Of a DNA stretch of 60,000 nt, positions 24,746 to 37,993 are shown piece after piece. A program made the position numbers and the translations under genes. The notes beneath the pieces are model-generated. The model searched no databases. It saw only the letters and a program-made list of their open reading frames with translations, and was not told where the DNA came from. The stretch lies in NCBI GenBank assembly GCA_038087875.1, contig CM075988.1, positions 13,952,001-14,012,000 of the forward strand, written 5' to 3'. Position 1 is the stretch's first letter, and each line of letters starts with the position of its first letter. Source of the stretch: Malacoraja senta (taxonomy: Eukaryota).

Positions 24746-26082
24746 TCCTACACATAAGAAACAAGAGCAGGATTAAGCCAATAACCCCATCGTGCCTACT
24801 TCCCCATCCACATCATAGTTGATCCAACCTTGGCTTCTATACTATTTTCCCCATTCTCTTTCCTTGCACATTGCATTCACAATAAACAATCAGGGTTCCA
24901 AGATAGAATGCAAGATAGAGTAATCAATAAGCTCAATTATCTACTTATCCTGGTTATCTCCTTCCATTATGTTAAGTAGTTAGACCTTACTGTTTTATGC
25001 GCATGTTTTAAAGAATCGCAAAATAAACATCACTTTCCACAAATTCAGCTGGAATTTTACATATGAGATAAACCGTGCTTTATTCTGTTATGTTATGCCT
25101 GACATTCCCTTTACTCTGCTGAGGGTGATGTACTGATTTGCCGTACATAAGAACAGAGGCCTCACTGTACTCTGTGAATGGATTGTTATTCAAATTGGTG
25201 TCGGGTCATCAATCGCGGAAACCTACTTTAATTGTCTAAAGCTGTGGTGTTGCTTAACCCACAAAAGGCCGTGCAATCTATCACCACCTCTCAAACAAAT
25301 CCGATTCACAAAACCTCTCACAAATTACAAGGAATATTAGCTGAGAAAATTGGCATTAAAAAATATATATATATTGACATTTTTTTAAATGTGGACATGC
25401 AGCATCACTTCTTAAGTGTGTTTGAGCTGTCGGGCTGTCATAGCAGTGAATACAGCTTACGCAGAGAGCAACCTCCACTCTTGGGCTGACTGTCTCCCTA
25501 ATCATTCAACTGGCACCTGGCCAGATTTCACCATTTCAGGTAATGCTCTGCCTGCTGTAAGCAGTTTGACGACAGAACAGCCATTTTCAGTCCATGCAGT
25601 TCAACTGCAACCTGCCAAAAATCTGGCTCTCCAACAAAAGAGCTACACTGAAAGATGAGGCAGATTGCCAGACCCTTTACAGGCTGCTTTATTATCATAT
25701 TAAGCACTTCATGTGATGTGCTAATGGGAGAATTGAAAACAATAGGAATAGTGCTGTTGTTTTGTTGCTGACCACGGTTTTATTGTTCTGGAGGAGTGCT
25801 TATAAAATGTAGGACATGGGTGAATAAGGAAAGTGCTTCTATATTTCAGACTGCATTGTTCAAATGTCAGCAGGTTAAAAATTGAAAGGTGTTCTTGAAA
25901 ACATTAATCCCGGTTCTCACAGAAACTATTGTAAGACTTAAGACAAGCCCCCAAAACTCACTGCACAGTCACGGGTCATATTGCAGTGAATCAGACCAGC
26001 TGCATGGTTTGTTCACCCAGCCTTAATTTTCCTGGGATCGAATTGAGCAGCATGGGGGAGAATTGGCTCAGTGCAGTGTACA

Positions 26083-26335
26083 GGGTGGCACAGTGGCGCA
26101 GAGATAAAGTTGCTGTCTTACAGCGCCAGAGACCCAGGTTCGATCCTGACTACGGGTGCAGTCTTTACGGAGTTTGTACGTCCGCCCTGTAACCGCGTGC
26201 GATTTTCTCTGGGTGCTCTGGTTTCCTCCCTTATTCCAAAGACGTGCAGGTTTGTAGGTTAATTGGCTTCTGCAAGTTGCCCTTAGTGTACAGGATGCAA
26301 AACTGGGATAACATAGAAGTAGTGGACGGGTGATC
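26083..26335 (+). mobile_element. HE1-like V-SINE, 3'-truncated
   Basis: Head, B box GGTTCGATCC and V-domain; ends abruptly where the inverted duplication begins. Confidence 0.8.
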
Positions 26336-27572
26336 ATAATTGGGTTAATCACTTTGTTATGGAACAAACAGACATTGGAATCAATAGTGTTTAATTGATA
26401 TGATGGCACCACCTGCCCCACCCATTCAATGCTTGTGATTCCTGCAATGGTCCCATCAGCTCCCAAAGAACCCAGTGGAAGCAAGTCAATCTCCAACCTG
26501 AGGGACTACCTCAGAAAAGAATACATAACACTAGAAGCACTAACCTAATCACATTCTTTCAATATGAGGGTGTCCAGAACTGCACACATTTTACCATGTG
26601 CAGTCTCACTGTACATGGTAAAAGCGGAATGATTTAGGGGACAAACACAGCATGGAGGAACTACAGTTACAATGTTTAAAAGAAATTTGGACAGATACCA
26701 GTATAGGAAAGGTTTAGAGGAATATGGGCTGAACACAGGCAAATTGTTCTAGCTCAGATAGACAACTTGGTCAGCATTGGTGAGTTGAGCTGAAGGACCT
26801 CCTTCAATGCTGTACAACTCTTTGCTTCCATGGATCCATGGGTTTGCATCTTTTGAGTGGCTTACAACTACGATTCTCAATCGAACCAGCACTATCTTTC
26901 ATTAAGAACCAAATTGCTGGAGGGACTGAGCAGGTTAGCATCTGTAGGGGGAAATGGACGGATGATGTTTCGGGTTGGGACCCTTCTTCAGATGTATTCT
27001 GCGTATTTCCCTTCACAGATGCTGCCTGACCCATTGTGTTCCTCCAGTAGATAGACACAAAGTGCTGGAGTACCTCAGCAGGTCAGGCAGCATCTCTGGA
27101 GCAAAAGGATGGGTGATGTTTTGGGTCAGGACCCTTCTTCTGACCCAAAAACATTGAGTCTGCAGAAGGGTCCCGACCCAAAACATCACCTATCCTTTTA
27201 CTCCAGAGACGCTGCCTGACCCGCTGAGTTACTCCAGAATATTGTGTTTATCTTCGGTATATATACCAGAATCTGCAGTTCCTTTCTACATGATTTCCCC
27301 AGTAGTTTGTTATTTTTACTAAAGATTCTTGTCTCTTGTTTCAATAGTGTAGAATCTAAAATGTGTGTTTTATGTGTTGTTTTCAGAGGCAGTCCCTCAG
27401 GTTCGAGATTGACTTGCTTCCACTCCAGTTTCCTGGGTTCCTTGGGAGCTGATGGGACCAATACAGGAATCACAAGCATTGAATGGGTGGGTCAGGTGGT
27501 ACCATCATATCAATAAAACACAATTGATTCCAATGTCTGTTTGTTCCTCAACAAAGTGATTAACCCAATTAT
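26336..27572. repeat. Inverted duplication, arms ~26336-26531 and ~27366-27572
   Basis: ATAATTGGGTTAATCACTTTGTT...GAGGGACTACCTC versus GAGGCAGTCCCTC...AACAAAGTGATTAACCCAATTAT. Confidence 0.9.
26910..27292. mobile_element. Fold-back (inverted) pairs of Penelope-derived short elements
   Basis: 27050-27140 is reverse-complementary to ~27160-27252; a similar older pair lies at 26912-27048. Confidence 0.75.
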
Positions 27573-29767
27573 TTTTTTAGCAGCTTGTTATAATGGTTTA
27601 ACATTATAAAACATGTTTACTGGTCGACAATTTGACACACGTGATATTGTAAGCATACGGTTAGTTCATAACTTTCTGTGCTTAGTAAATCTCTTAACCA
27701 TGAGTAGCAGTGATCAAAAGTTCAGGCATGAACAAGCTCCTGGCATGATTTTCTAGCTTCTGTATATTGCTGCACTTTTAGAAAATTACATGTAGCATGA
27801 TCCCAAGTTTCAATCCTGCTGAGGTGCAAAGGGTTACCAGTGGACCATCTTTATCTTGAAGAGATAGACACGTTTTGTTTTACATGCAAGAGTGTGGTGT
27901 TTTTTGGGTCATGAAGGAATGAAAAAGAGATTATAGGAATTAGTTGAGCAACATCATATGGCAGGAAGGAAAGTGGAAGGGGATTACTTGCAGCAATCTG
28001 TTGGCAATGAATGAATTATGTTGTGCTGTTTGCATGTTTTTCAGTGCACATTTTTTTGACTGTAATGCACTATCACACCAGTAATTCATTATTTTCGAGG
28101 TTTCCCACATTCCCTGCCAATATGACATTTCAATCTAAATTAAAAAAACATGCTCTCTAAATGAATTACAGTGGGAAGTCTGTGTTGCTGCTTCTCTTGC
28201 TTTTTCCGGTCTCAAAGCTGAGGAAAGGCAGAATATGAACCAATGAGTCAATTCGGGTGGGATGAGAAAAGGAAAAAAATAATGATAGAGTTGGTAGACT
28301 GGGATGGAGTGTGGGGGGGGGGGGAGCACAGAGATCAGGTTGGGTTCAGCTCCATTGCATCCAATGCACCATGTGTTTCAATAACTATTCCAGACCAACA
28401 TTTTTAAAAACTGGTCTACGTCTGAAATAGAAACAGAAAATGTTTTAAATGCTTCATCAGAATGCAGGTTATTTGACCTGAAATGTTAAATCTGTTCCTT
28501 TTTTTCACAAATGCTGCCTGACCTGCTGAGTGTTTACAGAATTTGAGAATTGCTGTGATTTTTTTTATTTTGCAATTTCAAAGCAGCTAGATCTCAAACC
28601 TTGTCTGTACCAAGCTAACTATTTCACCTGGGTACTGGCAGTCCCAAGCCAGATGGATAGTGTGCTGTCATTCACCATGAGATAGCAACGTGGAAAGTAA
28701 GCCATTTTGACCCCAAAATGATACTCACTAACAGGAGGCCCAGCCAATGCACATGTTTTCGCTAATGCTTGTAACCAGAGCATTTATTAACTTTGGAAAG
28801 AGAATGAAGCAGGTTGTGAAATATGCAAAGCACTAGGATTCAACCAGTAGTGAGACTGAAGGCCATCCGTGATCTCACATTCTTTCTCTGGTTATTGTCT
28901 TGCGCTCTTTTACTGCAGAGACCCCCATCGGGTATTAACCGGTGAATATGTGAACTGAAATTGAGGAGAGTCGCATCTGTCGTTCAGGTTTATGAAGCAG
29001 TAAGGGAGAGGGTTCTATCAGAAGGAAGGAGAAATGCTGATGGATGCACATCTGAGTCATCTGGGAAACACAATAGTTGAACACTCGATGTACGGGAAGA
29101 TCAATTCTCTGCACCTTGCCATAAAATTCAGTCTATAGATGCACATTAGTGGAGAAATTAAATGTGATTTATTTTTAAATGTCAGTTTATGTTCCACCAC
29201 ACAGGGTGTCTTTAATTCGTATTATTGCTTTGTTTTCCTGAGTTATGGTTTGCCAATTTTCCATGGTTTTCAACAGCAAGCATTCTTCCCTGCAGGAAGG
29301 GGGTATCGGGGAGGTGGGATTACATTATTGCCACTATTTCTCAACCAGCTGGTGCTGGGGCATGTGTTAACCTTAGAGAGACAGCTGGTGAAAAGAATGG
29401 GAGACCAGAGCCAAGGCATGAATTTTTCTTAAACATTTATTCACAGAGGAACACTCATTCCATCGGTGTCCCCAGGCAAATTGGTCGCCTTTGATCTGTT
29501 TCTATCTAGTGGTATCTGCAGTTCCTTGTGTTTCCATTTAGTGGTTACTAGGGAGTCCTTCAGTTCATGCTTCCCAAGAAAACCCAATTCATGCTAATTA
29601 ATATAAATTACGGAGGCAATTTACATTAAAGCACACACTTTTCTGCTATTTAACTTCTTGCATTTGTACGAAGGAAGAAGCTTTCTTCTCAGTAATACAT
29701 CTAACAACATGGCAGAGCTTTTTAAAAATTAATTACACATAACACACAGAAAATCTCCTCCCACCTT

Positions 29768-30068
29768 TTAGTTTAGAGATACAGTGTGGAAATAGGCTCT
29801 TCGGCCCACCAAGTCCGTGCCGATGAGTGATCCCTGCACACTAACACTATCCTACGCACTAGAGACAATTTACAATTTTACCAAGCCCGATTAACCTACA
29901 AACCTATACATCTTTGCAGTATGGATGGTGTCGGTGCACCCAGAAAAAAACCATGAAGGTCACGGGCAGAACGTACAATCTCCGTACAGATGGCACCCTT
30001 ATTCGGCATCGAACTCGGGTCTCTGGCGCATTAAGGCATCAACTCTACTTCTGTGCTACCATGCCGCC
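29768..30068 (-). mobile_element. HE1-like V-SINE
   Basis: TTTAGTTTAGAGATACAG tail, V-domain and tRNA head on the minus strand. Confidence 0.8.
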
Positions 30069-31089
30069 TGGATACCTATGGGAAACTTTGCCTTGAATTT
30101 ACAAGCTACAGAAGATATCAACCCACTAGTACTCTGCGGGTGACAAGGCAACGGGAAGACAACAGCTAAAGCATCCACACTGAAGAAAGTGTGTCATTCC
30201 TCGGTCTGCATTATGTTGGAGTATTGCTTTGCTGCACTTAAGTGCAGCCTAGATTTATGGCTGAAAGTGTAGATAGAAGAGCTTTTTACTGGCCATTATG
30301 TGGACCAGAGGAGATTCAATGGCTGGTCACACCAATAAAGGAAATGACTAATTGTGGAAGGAATAGTGAAGGACAATTGCTATAATTATACTCCATTATT
30401 TCCAGACATATAAAGTCTGGCAAAAAGACAGTTGAATTTGATGTTATTTATTTATGAGTAAAATAGCTTCATGTGTGGAAACTGATCTTTGGTTGACTAT
30501 GCTATGCACAAAAATCAGAGTTGCAGTTGTGCAGTGGCTAGGTCGTAGACTAGCAGCCACACAGCATCCTTGTGGATTTATCCTACAGCTTTTCTAGCTT
30601 CATCACATCCTTCCGGTAGCACAATGACCAGCATTCCAAAGCCCTCAATTCCCTGATCTTTCAAAAATGGGTGCAGCTGCACCTTCAATACTTCTGAAGA
30701 TCTGACCTCCATAACTGTGTGGGAAAGAGAATTTCAGAGATTCATCAACCTGTGTGATAAGAAATCTTTACACGCATCTGGTTCAATTAGCTTCTCATCT
30801 TGCAGTTATGTCCCCTTGTTTGAGACTCGCCTACTCGTGAAAACATCTCAACATCTTCCCTCTCGTGTCCCCTCAGGATCTTGTGTCTCAGTAAGGTCTC
30901 TATATATATATTCCTCTGAGCTCCAGGTAATATGTAGTCAGTGTCTATAAACCACTCAAACTCGAGAAGCAATTAAAATAGAACTGCTTGGGTAATAGTT
31001 CTCCCAATCCATTTAGCTTCTCAGGCCATTTGTGTTCAGTACACGTATTTTCTTTTAGTTTTGTGCATGGAATGTGGTGGGCACATGAT

Positions 31090-31410
31090 ACCATAAGACA
31101 TGGGAGCAGAATTAGGCCGTTCGACTCCATCTAGTCTGCTCCGCCATTGCAACATGGCTTTTTTCCTCACAACTAATTTTCCTGCCTACTTCTTGTAATC
31201 TTTAACTCCCTCACTAATCAAGAAGCTATTAATCTCTACTTTAAAAATACCCAATGACTTGGCCTACAACTCTACAGATTCACCACCATCCGGCTAAGGA
31301 AATTCTGCCTCGTCTCCATTCTAAAGGCATGTCCATTTATTCTGAAGCTGTGGCCTTTAGTCCTGGACTCTCCCCCTACAGGAAACATCACCCACACATC
31401 CACTCTATCT
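31090..31410 (-). mobile_element. CR1 3' fragment
   Basis: CATAAGACATGGGAGCAGAATTAGGCC... reverse CR1 tail and ORF2 end. Confidence 0.7.
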
Positions 31411-33317
31411 GGGGTAGTAATTTGTTACCCGATGTCAATCGATGTAATTCTACATTGTAAGAGCGAGTTGCATCAATGTAGGATGTGATGGTTACCATAT
31501 TATCTCTGGTGCAGGAAGGAAATTAATGTTAGAAGTAAATAGTATCAAGATATCACAAATCGTTGTATGCAACAGGAGATTATTCAACTGACCAGCAACC
31601 TTGATCTACAGTAATTCGCAATTATTAACAATTGTTTGGGATGTTTTTATGTTTGCAGCAGTAGGTTTGTGTAAAAGGATCAAGTTACTGAAGAACACAA
31701 AAACACGTTTTAAAGTAATTAGTGATAAATTATCATAATGTGTAATTGGAAGAATTAAAATATTATGTACTGAAATGCCACTTGCAGCGGTGTGTTACCT
31801 ACAACACTCGCCACTTCTTCATTATTGATATTAATTAAGACAAATGGCTTGCTATTTTAAGTAAAGCCTGGATTAATGTTAGTCATTGAAAACGGCTGCA
31901 TTAAAATAGTCTCGACTACATGCACAAAGTCGCAATTGCGACATAATTCCCTCCCAGGAAAGTGAGTCACTGTGTAATCAGGCTCCTACACTTTATACCA
32001 GATCCTCATGACAATACTACTGTGCTGTCAGACCACTGCCATAAGATTAAATTAGTGCAGAAACATAAGTAAGAAGCTGATATTTAGTAAAAAACGAGTC
32101 TCTTTAACAACAATATCATTTAGGTTCAAGAAGACACCATGTTTTCATCAATTGTTTGCATCATTCCTAATTGGAATAGGGACATGCCATTTTTATTTTT
32201 CAGTGTCATATGTTTACAATTGTTTTTAATTGTTTCTTCAGGAGCAATTAGTGAAAGGACAGTGGTTACCAAGCGATTAGCTAGCAATTAGCAATATGAG
32301 CAGACAATTAGAGAATGTATATTAAAACACTCATTGGGCTCTTGGGATTGGGCCAACACCTTGCAATAAACTGACAATAAAATACTCTTGGCCTGAAATG
32401 TCGTCTATCGATGTTCTTCTGAGATGCTGCCTGACCCGCCGAGTTACTCCAGCACTTTGTGTCTTCTTTTGTGAGCCAGCATCTGCAGTTCGTTGTTTCG
32501 ACAGTGATGATGCTTCCCTTTCTTACATGCCAAGTTGCATTGTAGCAAAACAGAATTGAATAGACACAGAGAAGTAAGCTTAAGGCTTTCCATTGGCCTG
32601 ATGATGATTTAATTTAACCAGTCTATTCAACAAACACTGATATAAGGTAGAAATTCAATCGTGGTTGCTTTAGCTTGGTGTACAACGTAGTAGAAGCTGT
32701 GCGTTCTAAATGTACTTCTCATCATTGATTTTTCTACTGTTATCTGTTTGTTATTACATTGCTGTTTGTGGAACCTTGATGTGTACAAATTAGCTGCCAC
32801 ATTCCCTGTATTCTAACCGAGTACTCTTCAAACAACCTCATTGGCTGTGGAAAAACTAACTGTAAGCACTTCATCCCTATCCCCTTCCATCTTTCCCTCC
32901 CAATCTAATCTCCTTCCCTTCCTGTCTCCTTCCTTCATTTTTTATATTTAATTGGAATTCTATGGTAGATCCTCTGATAAAAGCAAAGGTACACAGTTAT
33001 TTAATGTTAAATCATGTACAATTAATTACTATACAATTATTAAAACATTGTAGGAATTTTCCACATGTGGCATGGTGCAGATGGGGCATCTTGGTTGGCA
33101 TGGGCAAGTTGGGCCAAAGGGCTTATTTCTGTGCTGTATGACTCTGACTGAGATAAATGTTGGATGTTTATATTTTTCTGGAGATGCTACTGACAACTTT
33201 GTTTCTGTATTAAAATCAATGGGTTTATTTTGTTCATTGGAGCCTTTGTCTCCGAGGCAATAATGCTCCCTATTGTTGGCCACAGATCTAGAAATCTCAT
33301 CCCTACTGCCTTTATGG

Positions 33318-33617
33318 TCTTAAGGATAAGGGGGAAATCCTTTAAGACCGAGATGAGGAAAAACTTTTTCACACAGAGAGTGGTGAATCTCTGGAACTCT
33401 CTGCCACAGAGGGTAGTTGAGGCCAGTTCATTGGCTATATTTAAGAGGGAATTAGATGTGGCCCTTGTGGCTAAAGGGGTCAGGGGGTATGGAGAGAAGG
33501 CAGGTACGGGATACTGAGTTGGATGATCAGCCATGATCGTATTGAATGGCGGTGCAGGCTCGAAGGGCCGAATGGCCTACTCCTGCACCTATTTTCTATG
33601 TATCTATGTATCTATGT
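33318..33617 (+). mobile_element. Young CR1 3' end
   Basis: LRIRGKSFKTEMRKNFFTQRVVNLWNSLP; 3' UTR; (CTATGTAT)n tail. Confidence 0.9.
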
Positions 33618-33635
33618 AACATATGGTCATAAGTG

Positions 33636-34674
33636 TAGCAATGTTACAAAATTTTGAGATTTTAAAAATCAAGTCTGTAATTTATCCCATCGGATAAAGC
33701 ATAAAAGGAAGTTTAATTTGACACCTAATTCACTTTCATATCTTCAGTATTAAAAAAGTTATGGCCATTTTCATACTTGGAAATTAGCATCTTGTTCCCT
33801 ATTACTTTTCCATTGACTAAACACAAAAGCTGTGATCGAGGACAGTCAAAAGCCCATAACTTTCTTAAAAATTAAGAGAACTGAAAGAAATTTTCAGTTA
33901 TTATAGATTGAAGCATTCTGAAACAAATATGAAACAATCTTACTTAGATGACATGAAATTAAAGCATATAATTAGTTAGTTACCTAATTGTAGCTAATTA
34001 CAAAATTCAATTACTAGATCTAAACATCTATCAATTTCTTAAGAATAGATTAACATTTTTAAATAGCCTAAGTGTCCAAATAACATTCACACAAGAATTC
34101 ACAATATAACATAATTTTTAAATCTCATTATCATGGATTTATAGGCCAAATTGAAGGAATTTAATGTTTAATACCTGTAAATTAATAGCCATTTAAATCT
34201 TGCAAGTGGGTTTTTCTGGAACGCGATCATTTGGAACGTTGCATTTGCGGTGAATTTAAACCCGTATCGTCATGAAAAATACTGCCGGTTCGTTCGGGGA
34301 AAAAAATCACCGTTTCGCAACTTAAAATGTGAATTAAAGGCATCTTAAGGAACACTTTTATACATAAAATAAACGGCTTTTGTTTACCTGTCCCGTGCGT
34401 GAAATCCGTCCCCGTTGTTGGCATTGACGGCTTTAGGAGCTGATTTTAAAATAACTCCAGCTCTGAAATTGTCGGGCGAATAAAAAAAAAATACACAGAA
34501 CGCCCGTCGGAACAATTCTTCAGCAAAAGCTTGCACTCCAACGAAATATTAACCAGGACAAGGTAGGAGAAACCCGCATTTTAACACCCCCCCCCCCTCA
34601 TAGGCGCCAAAATCACGCACATGGCCAGTGGCAGAATTGCAGCGCCGCTGAAGGCAAGTATTGTAACATACCTA
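33636..34674. mobile_element. Non-autonomous TIR DNA transposon, 7-bp TSD (copy 1)
   Basis: Ends TAGCAATGTTACAA / TTGTAACATACCTA; ATAAGTG at 33629-33635 and 34675-34681; interrupts a minus-strand CR1 tail. Confidence 0.88.
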
Positions 34675-34681
34675 ATAAGTG

Positions 34682-35075
34682 GTAGTAGCATTTGGCCATT
34701 TGGCACATCTTCTACTCTGCCATTCAATCATGGCTGATCTATCTCTCCCTCCTAACACTATTCTCCTGCCTTCTCTCCAGAACCTCTGACATCTGTACTA
34801 ATCAAGAATCTATCTATCTCTGCCTCAAAAATATCCACTGACGACCTCCACAGCCTTCTGTGGCAAAGAATTCCACAGATTCACCACCCTGTGACTAAAG
34901 ACATTTCTCTTCATCCTAAAAGAACGTCCCTGAATTCTGAGCCTATCGCGTCTACTCTTCCACTAGTGGAAACATCCTCTCCACATCCACTCTATCCAAG
35001 CCTTTCACTATTCTGTATGTTTTTAATGAGGTCCCCCCCCTCATTCTTCAAAATTCCAGCAAGTACAGGCCCAGT
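34682..35075 (-). mobile_element. CR1 3' fragment (continuation of 33618-33635)
   Basis: Reverse CR1 3' UTR and ORF2 end. Confidence 0.75.
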
Positions 35076-35583
35076 GGCAACAATTACCATCTTGAGGGAA
35101 TGGATGTGGAAATTATAATACCCGTGTCTTGGTTCCCAAGAACCAGGAGCCAGGGTATCAACATAAGGGAAGATAGACACAAAGTGCTGGAGTAACTCAG
35201 TGGGTCAGGCAGCATCTCTGGAGAAGGATGGGTGATGTTACGGGTCAGGGCCCTTCTTCAAACTAATTCTCCATCAACATCAGGGGTTGACTGTTCAGGA
35301 CGAGATAAGATCAAACAAGCTATCATCATTGAAATTTGTTAATCAAAACAGAAAATGCTAGGAACACTCAGCAGATAAGGCAGCATCTGCAGATAAAGTA
35401 AAAAATTATATTTTAGGTTGAGGACTTTTTGACAAACTTTGTAAAGGGGGATAAACAAATAGTTTTTCAGTAGGGGAGAAAGTGAGGGGGGAAATGAGTA
35501 GAATAAAGCAAATATATCTTTTGGCTGATCGCCAACAAATCTAATGGGGGGTAGTTACAGGCACAATATTTCTTTTGCTCTTT

Positions 35584-35817
35584 TGTGGCGGCACCTGGTG
35601 GCAAGCCACGTACGCAACGAACCCTCCGCTCTGGAGGGCGGCGGCTCGGTGTGGGAGGCACTAGTCATGGGATTGGTACACTAGTTGGTATTTAAGGCCG
35701 GGCAACGCCCGTGACCTTGAAGGAGTAGGGAGCTGTATCGGAGAGAATAAACACGTCCCGAGCACACAACTTGTGTCCGCTTAGTTTTTGGCTGGACTCC
35801 TGCGAATCCCCGCTACA
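35584..35817 (+). mobile_element. Solo LTR (Gypsy-like)
   Basis: TGTGGCGG...CCGCTACA inverted ends; TATTTAAG at ~35689; AATAAA at ~35746; flanks CTTT/GTTT (imperfect 4-bp TSD); CpG-rich. Confidence 0.75.
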
Positions 35818-36039
35818 GTTTAATGTTTTGTTAATCGTGAGACTCTGGGATTTCCCTAGTTGGCCAAAATACACAAATAGAACAAGAAAATCGAAGCAAA
35901 AATAAGGACAGGCAGAAATGTCCAGTTCTGATACGGCCCGACAGAAAGAGAGAATAGTATAATTTTGGAATTTTTTGATTTTGACCTTTGCAGAGCACAT
36001 ATGTTAAATCAGTAGCAGTGACCATGAGCTTCTGCTAAC

Positions 36040-36210
36040 CTCCTACTCTAACTGATCATCCCACTCCCACTTTGACCTCTCGGTCTGTGACCTCCAGACC
36101 GAAAGCTCAGAGTAAAAATGAGGTGGACAGGCTTGAGGAACAAAATCTCATCTTTCACCCGGGCACATTGCAATCTTTGGGATCAATATTAAATTTTCCT
36201 ACTTTAACTG
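36040..36210 (+). mobile_element. Old Penelope endonuclease C-terminal fragment
   Basis: Degenerate CACTCCCAC..TGACCTCTC.GTC and LEEQNLIF..G.LQ segments. Confidence 0.5.
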
Positions 36211-36247
36211 ATTAGCTCATTCTTCCTGTCAAGGTCTAGCAATTTGT

Positions 36248-36920
36248 GGGCGGCAAGGTGGTGCAGTGGTAGAGTTGCTGCCTTAAGGGCCTGTCCCACG
36301 GGCATGCGACTCCATGCGGCAAGCGCGACCTAACGTGGTCACTTGAGCCGTCGGCCTCGCGGGGCCGGTCCCACTTCGATCGCCAGAGCCGTATGGAATC
36401 CCGACATCGCACGGGGCTCCGAAAAACTGACCGTGTTCAAAAATTCCGCGCGGCAACGGCCTGCCGGCCCACAGCCGCCTCGACACCGTACGCACCGCTT
36501 CGACGGGCGTGCGCAGCGTCTCGACGCCGTACGCAGCATCCTGACACCATACGTCACGCGCGAACTTCCCGCGTCACTCACTCGACCTCCGCGCGGCCCC
36601 CGCTTCCGGTTTGGTCGCGCTTGCCGCATGCAGCGGCATGCTGGTGGGACCGGCCCTGTACGGGGATCACTCGACCTCCGCGCGGCCCCCGCTTCCGGTT
36701 AAGTCGCGCTTGCCGCATGGAGTCGCATGCCCGTGGGACAGGCCCTTTACAGCACTTGCAGCGCCAGAGACATGTATTTGATCCTGACTACGAGGTCCTT
36801 GGTCGGCATGGGCAAGTCCAAAGATGTACTGGTTTGTGGATTAATTGGCTTGGTATAAGTGTAAATTGTCCCTAGTGTGTGTAGGATAGTGGTAATGTGC
36901 GGGGATCGCTGGCCAGCGCG
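36248..36920 (+). mobile_element. HE1-like V-SINE interrupted by a MITE
   Basis: GTAGAGTTGCTGCCTTA|MITE|TTACAGC...GCGCCAGAGAC rejoin to the SINE head. Confidence 0.8.
36286..36746. mobile_element. PIF/Harbinger-type MITE, young
   Basis: 44-bp perfect TIRs AGGGCCTGTCCCACGGGCATGCGACTCCATGCGGCAAGCGCGAC; TTA at 36283-36285 and 36747-36749; CpG-rich. Confidence 0.93.
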
Positions 36921-37568
36921 GTATATAGTTTTGTTTATAGCCTAAAGTTGTAAGTCAACTTTTTGTATATAGTTTGGCTGACTGGAATGTCTCACAGCCT
37001 CTCACTTACAAGGCATTGCACAGACCAGATATGTAGGTTGTAGCTTAATTGACCTCTGTAAATTGCCCCATCTGCACCATGCCACATGTGGAAGTGGGTG
37101 CAAAAGTGGCATAGCATAGAGCTAGTATGAAGAGGTTATCAATGGTTAGTGGGCTCAAGGCCCTGTTTCCATGCTGTTTCAATCTATCAATCCATTTGTT
37201 AACAAATTAGCAAGTTATTTTAATTGTACAAAATCAAACTAAATATTGACTGTTGCAAATTCAGGATAACCTTTTTTGTTGTTGCACACTTTGTAATGTC
37301 AACTGAACTTGAATACTTTTTCAAGTGAACCTAATATACAGTTATTCAGTTTTTTTCCATTCAATATAGAAATACTGCTGCAGTTCTCAAAGGTTTAAGG
37401 GAAGACCAGATTCCCCGCTGAGATGGGCCACATCTTCAAGTCCCAAGCTGCTGACAATCAGTGCTTGCCTGTCATAGTTATGACAAGGTTGAGTCTTGTT
37501 GTTAGCCTGTGTGAAAGGAGAAACTATATGCTGCAGAAATTGGCCTGCTCACAGTTAATCATATTTTT

Positions 37569-37993
37569 TGTTTAGTTCAGAGATACAGCGCAGAAACTGG
37601 CCTTCAGCCCACCAAGTCCGGGCTGACCAGCGATCCCCGCACATTGTTCCCACACATTGCACATCTGCTCATACTAGAGACAATTTGCAATTATACCATG
37701 ACAATTAATTTACAAACCTGAGGTAGACACAAATTGCTGGAGTAACTCAGCGGGTCAGGCAGCATCTCTGGAGAGAAGATATCGGTGACCTTTTGTGTCG
37801 AGACCCTTCTTCGGATCTGTATTTACAACTTACAAACCTGTGTGTCTTTGGAGTGTGGGAGGAAACCGGAGAAAACCCACGCAGGCCATGGGAAGAATGC
37901 ACAAAGTCCGTACCGATAAGCACCTGTGGTCTGGATCGAACCCGAGTCTTTGGCGCTGTAAGGCAGAAACTCTACCGCTACGCCACAGTGCCG
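37569..37993 (-). mobile_element. HE1-like V-SINE with nested Penelope-derived short element (~37722-37820)
   Basis: SINE tail, V-domain and head; TACAAACCTG is repeated on both sides of the insert. Confidence 0.78.
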
